DNA from: Gonapodya sp. JEL0774
Lineage: Eukaryota
Assembly (NCBI GenBank): GCA_027604505.1
Contig: JADIIX010000039.1
Span: 62,001-126,000 of the forward strand
Direction of reading: 5' to 3'
DNA: 64,000 nt
Within the stretch, counting starts at the first letter, position 1. Every line of letters begins with the position of its first letter. Shown here one piece after another: positions 1-10,118 of this stretch. A program made the translations under genes and the position numbers. Under the pieces are notes generated by a model that was not told the origin of the DNA, ran no database searches, and saw only the letters and a program-made list of their open reading frames with translations.

Positions 1-300
1 TCGAATGTCCACCATTTTGCGTCCTTTGTACGTCGAGAGCGTCACCCTCCTGTCACCCGTGAGCTTCCAGTACGGACTTCCATCATCATTTGTTGCACGT
101 GGAACATCACCAAGTCCAGATCCGGATGCCGATTTGGATGATTTGGCTTCTGATTCAGCTGTTTCAGCTCTCTTGGCCTTCTTTGATTTTTTCTCCTCCT
201 CGCCGTCCTCCTCTGCTCTGTCGCCACCTTTTTGGGGCTTCTCAGATTCGTCGTCAGAGTCTTGGACGTGCTCGGAGGATAAGATTTTTCTCTTGGACAT
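1..300 (-). CDS. SUB1: Transcriptional coactivator PC4/Sub1 (ssDNA-binding), 5' part; runs off the left edge
   Basis: Reverse translation from ATG 300 gives MSKRKILSSEHVQDSDDESEK..., a charged N-terminus, then YWKLTGDRRVTLSTYKGRKMVDIR. This matches the PC4 core motif RRVTVSxFKGxxxVDIR. Confidence 0.85.
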   Translation of the reverse strand, partial: MSKRKILSSEHVQDSDDESEKPQKGGDRAEEDGEEEKKSKKAKRAETAESEAKSSKSASGSGLGDVPRATNDDGSPYWKLTGDRRVTLSTYKGRKMVDIR

Positions 301-836
301 TTGGATTCCCTCTAACCTTTCCTAAAACAGGAGCATCCCCGAAATGCGAAGATCAGATTCAACAGCACGCACGCGCCAGCTGCAGAGACAATGCAAGATG
401 CGACAACACAATATCGAAAAAGTATCTTCTGAGGACTCGTACAGCTCTGCCGCACCAGGCTACATGATGGCCATTGCAGATCCATTGTTCTTGCACTCAC
501 CATTTACTCTGCTGCATAATTAAAACTATACCAACATAATGTATTGCGTATGCTTCCCATCAAAGCTCGTACAGCTTTTAGCAACATCGATGGCGAGTAA
601 ATTTTAGCGGTCCTATCCGGCTGGATAATCTTATTACTGTAACTATTGACTGCTTCGTCGAAGGTGAAGACAACAGCTGGCTGAGGACACCGAGAGCCCT
701 GGGAAGATTAAATAAAGACAAGCCGACTCCGTTTTACTGACCACAATTAATCAAACTTGACCGCCTTCGAACGGAGTCGCCAGCAGAGAACTGTGTCTAG
801 AACAGCACAGGACGTGGCATTTCAGCTTTCGAGGTC

Positions 837-2064
837 ATGGAGCACATCCTATTGCCTGAGTCGAACATCACCGACCTCATATCCAAACTAAAACCTGGCG
901 TTGGACGATGCCCGTGTCCCGTTCCCGGTTGCACAAAGTTTTTCTCCAAGTAAGTCTTCTGTGCTTGCATTTGGATTGGGTCCAGTCCCCACCTCTTGCT
1001 GATTGGATTCTCTTCGTTATCATCACATTACCCACTGGCTATCACATTCCATTCTTGTCATTACTTCGCTCATTGCAAACTCCAGCAAAGAGAATGGGAA
1101 AGCGCACCTGAGAACTCACTGTCAAGATCGTCCTCATCCCCGCCTCTGCACTTTATGCCAAAAGGGATTCTACAACGTGGGCGATTTAAATCGCCACATC
1201 AACAATTGTGGGGGCAACATTCTCAGCTGCCAGTATTGTGGCACGCAGCACAAAGGCTTCGTGAGGAAGCATCGGCGGTTAGCTCACGAGAACAAGTGCC
1301 CCGCACGCTCGAAACACGAAACCGAACCTCAACTGAGACTCAAAGCCAAAACAAGGTCAGACATCGGCACCGTCGTCAAAGTCAACAGAAAGGCAGAAAA
1401 GTCTGGATCCCGAAGAAGCAATCGCCTTAATACGCAGAGAACCGTCTCGAGAGACGCCGGCACAGAGTGTGACGACATCGTGGAGTTTGACAGTGGTGAC
1501 GATTGCACCGTTGAACCCAATAATCGCACCGTCACTTTTGCTTCCGGATCAAGAAGGAAGAATCGCTTTAGTGGACAGAGCTCCCGGCCTGTGGACGTCA
1601 CCGTTGCTTACGACGAGATCGCGGAGTTTGATAGTACTGAAGATCAATGCTCTTCTGCCTTGCCTGTCACGGACACCGCAGCATCTCAAATCAGGCCCCT
1701 GCTTCAACTGCCAGTCCCTTCGTCACTACCTGGGCGAGTCGCCTTCGTGTCCCTCTCACCTTCACCTAGCCCCTCGCCGTCACTTCCCCCCCGCTCGCCC
1801 TCCCCATCTGCGCTCCCGAACCAAGTTCCTGAATCACGAGGATCAGTCTATTTCAACTTTTCGCACATCGCACCACTCCTACCCCCGTCAACCTTTCCCC
1901 ATTCCTCAGTCCACCCCCCTCCGTCGCCGATCCTTCAAGATCTCTCCCAAGAGTGGTCGTACAGCTCCCAGGGTTCATCCGGCATATCTCAGTCGCAGCT
2001 TTATGTGGTGGGCTGGCTCTCACCACACCCGGATCCCTGGTCACAAGAGCCTGGGGAGCGTTAA
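837..2064 (+). CDS. C2H2/C2HC three-zinc-finger transcription factor, paralog 1
   Basis: ATG 837 and intron 950-1085 (GTAAGT..CAG). Spliced: CPVPGCTKFFSNKENGKAHLRTH / CTLCQKGFYNVGDLNRHINNC / CQYCGTQHKGFVRKHRRLAHENKC, followed by a Ser/Pro-rich tail. Confidence 0.8.
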
Positions 2065-2432
2065 TGTGCGTGAGGATGAATGTGAGGGATCATGAACAGG
2101 CTGTTTTGTCAAAAGAATGATAAGAGGAGTGCAAGAATGCGGAAGAGCAAAAGTGTCGCAGTAAGAGATGAGAAAAGAGCAGAGCTCAAAGAGAAGAGCG
2201 GAGCGGAAGGCCGATCGAAATCCCACCCCTTTCAAGTAACGAACGCTCTCTAGATGTCGTCTGTATACTTTTTATCTATTGTCTATGTTGCGTGTGTACA
2301 TTATATGCATTCAAAACTTCAGTTGAACTCATCCAGACCCGTATCCGATACTTTGAATGAGGACTTTAGTAAACCGGATTGGAATTTCATGTACCAGCCT
2401 CGGAGGATTGAGACAGCGACACCTGTTTTGGG

Positions 2433-4598
2433 TCAGACGCGCTTCAAGGTCCACCGTGTTGTCCGACCCCACACCCATATTAGCATCAGGTTTCCAACCA
2501 ACATGGTGAACCCTCCAAACAAAATCATCTGCGAGGGAACGAGAAAGTGCAAATCAGAATTTTTTTTGGTAACTTCTTTCATAGAGCACCACAATGAGCC
2601 ACAAGGGAACTGCGCAAGAGCAACTACTCACAGGTACAAAGTCTACCGCTTTGGCGCCAGCCGCATCGTAGGTCGTCCTCGAGTCTGCGATCGCACCGGC
2701 GATGGGGGATCCACCCAACGAGCCAGCGAGCGTCGCGCTCATAATTACACCGAGGCGGGCCACAAGGTTGTCACCTCCGAAAACGGAAGCGAGCTTTGCG
2801 AGGGCGAAAAGAGAGCGGCGAGAGCAAGTGATGACAGATTGTGAAATCCGTGGATTTGGTGAATTCCAGTAAGGTAAAAGAGCTATATGAGAGATGAAAT
2901 AAATACGTGCGAGGAGGGACTGGACGGAGCGTACCATCGTGGGCTGTGAGGAGATCCACCCTCCAGCAAAGAACCCGTAGAGCATGCCAATGAGTGCTAG
3001 GCCACCAAAAGAACTTGTCAAGGGCCAAAAGAGCATGGCGACAGGTGTGACGATTTGGCATCCGACGTACTGGAACGAAAAGAGAGGTTTGTCAATAAAA
3101 TAAAATCGACTTAGAATTTTGCTCCACAGGGTCCCGCTGTGCGAAGCGAACATAACCAACAAAACTGACGACTACAATGTAAAAATGTATGAAATGACTC
3201 ACAACATTGAGGTATCCATATTTATCCGCCAAGAACCCAAGCACTATCCTTCCCACTGCGGACCCTCCGTTGGTGAGTCCCAAGATGAGACTAGCGTTTC
3301 CCGGCTCAATACCGGCCTGAGTCGCGTATGAGGGTAGGTACGAGAATGGAATAAAGTATCCGAAGAAGGATATGGCGTTGGAGATCCAGAGAACGAGAAA
3401 GCGAGGGTCGCGGAAGTAGGAGCGAGCGGAGGCGAGGAGGGATGTGTTGGGCGGGTTCTTCGGTTGGAAGGATGAGAAGAGGGATGATGCGACGACGCAG
3501 GCTGTGGTAAGAATGGAAAGAGTGGGAATCATAATGATGATGAGATTTAGGCGGGAAGAACAAAGAAGCGTCAATTGCCCCAGTGTATGTACGTGTGATG
3601 AGATCAGAAAACTCACATGTCACCACGATGATACCTTCGATGCGAAGCGCCCACTGCCACCCTAAAGTGTCGAGTAGTTTCTGGGTGACGACGGCCATGA
3701 CCAATCCTCCGACGCCAGATCCCCCGACAGCGAGGCCGACCGCCAAACCACGGAAGCGATTGAAGTACTCTGAGACAATGCGAATGGCTGCCATGTAAAT
3801 GAAGACCTCCCCGATAGCGAATAAAAATCCCTGGAACATCAGAGTGAACCATACTCCAGGACTGAAGCTGGCGACAATGTATGCCGAACCGGCAATGACA
3901 CCACCAACGAGGACAGACGTGCGAGGTCCGTAGCGTTCAGTGAATTGACCAACGGCGGGCCCGGCGATGGGGAAGCCCGCACCGTTCAGGGAGGAGATGA
4001 AGGAGAGGACGGTGAACGAGGCAGCTCCGAACGTTTCCTGATAATAGTAAAAGCGGATGTATGTGCCGGCGCAGTACTGGAGCCCGACGGAGAAAAAAAC
4101 TTTTTATTGTTCATGGAGATCGGTGGGCAAGATCGCGGAGACAGAATCGGCAGCAAAGCTCAGGGTGGTCTTTCTTGGGAGACATCAAATTTGAAAAATG
4201 ACTCACGGGTGAAAAACGAAGCGCAGACGACCATCCAAGCTTTCAGCCCGCCATCTGGATATGTGAGGGTATCACTGAAGCCATTTTGTGGTTTTATCGA
4301 TGGATATCGGGTTGACACTGCGAATGAAAACCAGCAGAATTCAGTGCACAACCAGGTGGAAACGAACAGACTAAAGCAGAGACGTGGCAGACTTACCATC
4401 GATTCTTTTCAGGGTTTCCTTTTCCTGGGCATCGGCATTGGCAGTGTCTGGGACAGCGTGCGCCTCCATGAAATTGCTTCCGATGCTCACTCCTCTACTG
4501 TTCAATGCTGCTGTTCCTCCTGATGCAACTTCGCTCGTCGTGACAGGCACTTCTAGTTTGGCGTCGCCTGCGCCGGGTGATGGCGGAATCGATGTCAT
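2433..4598 (-). CDS. MFS transporter, monocarboxylate (MCT/MCH-like) family, multi-exon
   Basis: Motifs YPDGGLKAWMVVCASF, GQFTERYGPR, EYFNRFRGLAVGLAVGGSGVGG and GRIVLGFLADKYG, with many transmembrane segments. The last exon ends ...WTLKRV* at 2433. Confidence 0.88.
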
Positions 4599-5022
4599 TG
4601 GTTTGTTCGGTTGAAAGTTGTGCCATTTATTCTGAAATCCGGAGCAAGAAGCAGCCTAGCCGGCACTCTCGGTTGAGAAGTCCAGTGCTTCCTGAGACGG
4701 CAACCAGAAACCCGACGCAATAATAGTAGTACTGATTTATTGGTGTACGTGTTATGCGCTGAGTCGGTTGAGTTGCGTTGTTTTTGAAAGTAACGATAGG
4801 AGGGTGGTACACGATATGTATATTACGAAGTCGTCTGGAACGAGTGGATAGTTCCAGGCGTCCATTTAGTCGAGAAAAGCGTGTCCTGGTGCCGTTGCCG
4901 CCCACGAGGTCTGAACACAATCTGTCACCTCACCTATGCACGTGTTTTGTACCTGCCCGAGCCTCTCAAAAACCAACCTAACCAACCCTCTAATCGTCCT
5001 CGAATTACAGCAAAATTCTCGA

Positions 5023-6663
5023 ATGGCACAAACTCCTTGCAACGTCCAGCTATTCAGACCTGATGTGGAGCCACTGCTTCCAAAACCTACTGGAGCAACT
5101 CGATTCGTGATCGTATCAGATACTCGTACGTCCTGTCGTTCTCCCTACCTTCGTTGCTCCTTCCCTTCGTTGTTTTCCTTTCCGGCGCCCCCGGCAGGGT
5201 GAGGCTTGTTGCAGCTCTGATGACGATCAACGATTCATTGTGTGTAGACACCTCACAGCCCCTGCTTCCTCTGGATGGTGTCGATTGCCTAATCCACACG
5301 GGCGATTTCACATTGTCGGGGACTCGAAAAGTACATTTGTCAACGAAGATCGTCGGCTCCAGAATGAATTTAATGACTCAACTCCTGTTCGTCCAGGAAG
5401 TGGAGAAGTTTCGCGGTTGGCTCGACTCACTCACACAGTTCCGGTATGTTTGCTCGTACTAATTCATGAGAACAGCGCTTAAATGACTTGACTAAGTTAA
5501 GGTTGATGCAGAACAAAGGTACCGTTGCCCATAAAACGACCTTTCGCATACAACTCGAAGCAGCACTCACGATGCGTAACTGTACATTCACCCCATTCAC
5601 CCCCACAGGTCGTCATTGCCGGAAATCATGATCTCCCCTTTGACACAGACTTTTACGAGCGAAAATGGTCACGCAAACTCAAGGAATATGAAGATCCAAC
5701 CACCACTTGCGGACTCCTCGACTCCGATGAGGCTCGGTCCAACGGCATTGTATTTGCCGCCGATCGATTCGTGGAGGTGGACGGATGGACGATGTACGGT
5801 TGCTCCGTGGGTGGCCCCGTAATGTGCGGGTCTCTGCATCGCTTGCTCTTAATGACCGTGTGCTTCTTTATTCCAATTCACACTGGGCTTTGGTTCCCTG
5901 GCAGTGGGTGCCCGACTTTGGGGCCATTTTGCGGTGGCTCGGAGTTCTCGAATACGCCTTTAGTAAGTCTGGGTTTCTCTTGCTGGGCCTTCCCCTCCCG
6001 CCACCTTCTTGGCGCTTCCAATTTGCCCTCTCCGCCCCCTCTCACCCATCACCCAACTTGCACCCCTTAACCCTCCCGCCCCAACACAGTGATCCCCCGT
6101 GGTGACTCCCTTCTCGCGAAGTATGCCCCGCTTGTCTCCCCGAACTTGCAATCCGACCCTGCAGTCATCCCCACATCTGCTGGCGCTGGCAATCAATCTC
6201 CCCCAGTCGACATCCTCCTCACCCACGGGCCTCCACACTCAATACTGGACCAAACCGTCACCGGAAGTAGCGTCGGATGCGAGGAGTTGGCAAAAATTGT
6301 CAAGCGCGTGAAACCGCGAGTTCATTGGTGAGCCGCGCCTTGCACACGCCACCCGTGTACGTCCACCGCAGAAGGCTTGAAGCTTTGCTTCTTTCTCTCT
6401 ATTCTACACTGTCAAAATTGCTCGACCTTCTGCTCGTGCCCCCAACGATTGTAATTCACAGCTTCGGACACATCCAGTACGTATTTCACCGCGCTGACGC
6501 AAACAGCATTTCATCTCACGGTCTCGTATCTCCCACTACACTTTGCAGTGAAGCCTACGGGACCCTCGAGAAGGAAGGGACCCTCTACGTGAACTCCGCG
6601 AATGTGAACCTCAAGTACCAGTCTGTCAATCCTCCTGTCGTGGTCGATTTGGGGCCAAGGTAG
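5023..6663 (+). CDS. Calcineurin-like metallophosphoesterase (MPPED-like), multi-exon
   Basis: Motifs in order: FVIVSDT(H), LIHTGDFT, VIAGNHD, DILLTHGPP, and spliced HCFGHIHEAYG. The protein ends YVNSANVNLKYQSVNPPVVVDL. Confidence 0.88.
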
Positions 6664-7225
6664 TGAGATATCGCTAGAATTCGCCGAGATTTTGAAGATG
6701 GATGATGCCGGTGGTGATCTTTGTGATTTTGCGTTTGGAACAGACCGATGGTCGATGTTCGTTTTCTCTAAGTCTTGATTGTGTTGATCTACCCATTATT
6801 GTAAACTTCTGGAACGGCTTAAGTGGTATTACATAATTCCACGCAGTTGTGTTGTAATTCAATTTAAGACGTTCAAGTTACTTAGCTGTTATGCACATAA
6901 GATGAACCCAGTGTCGCATTTCTCCCCAGGAGTAATGCTATGACCACTCCAGCTATCTAAAAAACGACCTTGATTTTGGCGGTAATAGTGCCAGATGGAG
7001 GTGGAGAAAATAGATGAGTCCCCCGACCGACCATAGAGACGAGATGTATGGGGGGAAACTGCTTTTCCTGAGCTCCTCCTTCATTTTCGATGCTGGTAAA
7101 TTTTGAGTTCTTTGAGGCACAAATGTGATGACTTTGTTCATTGCCTCGTTTTCTACAGAGCGGCAGATCAGGGATCGGTGGTATCCCCGACAGGTCAATC
7201 TTTCACATAAACATCCTTCAAACTT

Positions 7226-7796
7226 ATGCGTCTCTCCATCCTTTTCACGCTCGTCGTGGCAACGATTCTCCTCGCTGGATTCGCGCTGTTGAAGGGTGTA
7301 CTGTGAAACCGCTCTGTTCGGAGAATTTCCTTCATGCGGGGGTGACAAATCCAGGTGGGCCAGCACCAAGCTTTAACGGTTGTGGTGTGAACTCGAAGTA
7401 TAGTACCCTTATGCCGGAGTACAAGTTCAACAGTGTACATCCCGTATCTCTGCGCCATTTCCTTCGCTCTTCCCCGTTGCTTCACTTGACAAGCCGGCTT
7501 CCCTGTCCACAGTGTTGTAACAATCACGATCTCTGCTATGGGAGCTGTGGGTCTCAAAAATCTACTTGTGATAAGGTGCGTCCCAATCTCTGCTCCAAGT
7601 GGACTGGTAATCTGACGTGACGTGACGTCTTTCTTCCGAATCTCAGAACTTTTACAACTGTAACAAGTCGAAATGCAGTTGGTGGGATCTTCACTGCAAG
7701 GCACTCGCCTTGACCTATTACGAAGCATCAAACAACTTCGGGTGTGGGCCTTTCGAGAACGCACGAAAGGCTCGTTGCACTTGTCAGTACGATTGA
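7226..7796 (+). pseudogene. Secreted phospholipase A2, group XII-like; frameshift between signal peptide and mature domain (pseudogene or assembly error)
   Basis: Signal peptide MRLSILFTLVVATILLAGF starts at ATG 7226. The mature part lies in another frame: PSFNGCG...FNS|CCNNHDLCYGSCGSQKSTCDK|NFYNC...CKALALTYYEASNNFGCGPFENARKARCTCQYD*. The His-Asp dyad and two clean introns are present. Confidence 0.7.
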
Positions 7797-8012
7797 TTTT
7801 GGAATTGATTTTGGATATGGAAGCTTGGCACGTCTGCTAAGAGTTGTCCCAACTGCTGAAGGTGACTCGAATCGGGAAAGGAGGAGGACGAGTATGATGT
7901 TAGGCAAAAATTACACGTTTGTCAGCTAAATTGATAAATTATGACCAGCATGTTGATTATTGTCACACAGGGAAGGAAATGGTCAAACCACTCCATCGTC
8001 CAAAATTTTGCA

Positions 8013-9194
8013 CTATATCCCTTCCACAGATCCAGAAAAAGTTGTCAAAATGGGTCCTCCACCAAATCCTGGCCCGCAAGGAAGAGGTGCGACAAAGTCC
8101 GGTAAGCCTGCGACGGTGGGACCTGTCCCCCACAACACGGGAACTTGGAAGTATGCTGGCATGTAGCCGTGGGCCTGCCACGGTGAATCGGCGATAAGAG
8201 AGCTCGAAGTATCAATATGTTGTGTGAATGTCGGTGGTATATTGGGGCTAGTGTAATTGTGGTGCGGAGAAAGTGACGTGGGAGGAAGCCAAGCAACAGA
8301 CCCAAGCATGGGTACTGAGCTGCTAATGCTGAAAGAATTGGTGTAGTTCTGAGAGACAGGGTATCCAGGATGTGTCCAGGCCATAGTACCGAACGTAGGT
8401 TCACAGGTAGTGATGGTGTACGGATGCACGTCAATATATGCGGGATGTGCAAACGGAGCTTGATTCAGTTGATGATCCGATGCAACGTCCTCCATTTTGA
8501 CGAATACTCTGTGTGCGTTCTCGGCAAGTTCATCCACGGGACTCTCAAATGGAATCATCACATTGACTGGGGTCGTCGGCGGGGAGGGATGGGACTTCGG
8601 GGATTGCATCGAACTTCCAGGCACATCCGCGGATATCACTTCCTTGTCCTCTCCAGAGACGTTCGTCTGACACTTGGTTTCGTGGGCGAGTAGCCGGTGG
8701 CGTTTGACAAATCTAATGTCGGAACGTTCATCAAGCCAGGCCGCCTCCGTTAATTTAGAAGAGCTCCCTACCCACCCGCCGTAGCGCACTCCACAGTATT
8801 TGCAACTCGGAAGATCTCCTCCACACCGCTTTTCATGCCTCTTGAGATCGCCTTGGTGGTGGAATCCGGTTCCGCACAGCTGGCAGTGGTGTATATGAGG
8901 GCGGTTCTCCAGGTGGGTCAAGAGATGTATTCGGCAATTCCATCGGCTGAAAGTAATCAATGAAAGCGCAAGTTTTATGCAATCAGTGTTCTCATTGCAT
9001 CGAATTTTCATTTTTGAATAAACCGCTGACACTCACGATGTGCACAATCTACCACAAAGAGGACATTCGTACTTCCCGTCCGCGTTCCGCTTGATCAAGC
9101 TCTCTTTCTGTGTCACCTCTGATCGACTGTGAAGGACGGGTCTTGGCCCATTGCGCGGATGTCTTTGGACGCCCGAGCCAGCCGAGCCGAACAT
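8013..9194 (-). CDS. C2H2/C2HC three-zinc-finger transcription factor, paralog 2
   Basis: Likely ATG 9194, with introns 9036-8947 and 8775-8713. Spliced: DGKYECPLCGRLCTSRWNCRIHLLTH / CQLCGTGFHHQGDLKRHEKRC / CKYCGVRYGGFVKRHRLLAHETKC. Confidence 0.82.
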
Positions 9195-10118
9195 TCCTGC
9201 CGGAAGGGGTATGGGAGTAGTAACGCCTTTCGGCAGTGTTGGGTCTGGGTTCTAGCCCGTTTCTCTTCAGAATATGGAAATGTGGGTTGTGGAGTGCCGC
9301 CTGAGTGTGCGGGGGCAAGAAACATTAGTTTTGAGTTAGGGGGCGGTGCTTATTACCAAACCCAATTCGCCCCCCCATTTCAATATTCAGGGATACGCAA
9401 TGCTCACAAAAATGTACATAAATGCCTATCCCGCATTTTCCTCTCTTCTCTGCGGTGGCTCCCATTTTGTGAGATTTACTGCCGTTGTCGGTGACCTCGG
9501 CCGACGACGGAATTGCCGGCGAACAGTTCCACCGACATGCGCCACTCCACGTTGTCATCGTCACGATATTCATGTTCAGTGGTGAAAAGCAATTCAAAAT
9601 TATGTTCCCTTGATAGTCCGTTGCAAATCCAATCAAGAGTATCAAATTGCCACGACCGCGAAAGAGACCGTGGAGTGATGTTCAAGAAAGATGAGGGAGA
9701 GTTCTGGGATGACGAGGAGTCGTCTTTGCGACAGCACCAGACTAGCGCCTACTTGCACATGGCTCAGATTGCCCTTCCCTGTACATCACGTTCGGGGAAT
9801 TCTTGGGGTTCACCCGAACACAAAAGCGACACAGAACGGGGAGGGAAGGTCCCTGAACAAGAATTGCACCATTTAACATCTCTGGTCGAGTACATGTGTG
9901 TAAGAGTACGGGGATAATGCAACCCGCTAAATCATCGAGAGGGTGGAGAGGAGGTCTCGGGTTTTCTGTGTGGCACCGACTAGACGCTAGTGGTCCCGTG
10001 TGGTACGTTCTTCCAAAAAGGGAATAATATTCTTGTTCGTAAACGAGCCCACGCCAAAAGGGCACGAGATCGCACGCTATGAGGTTGGTCATTCGCATCA
10101 TTAATTTTGTCCGTATGA

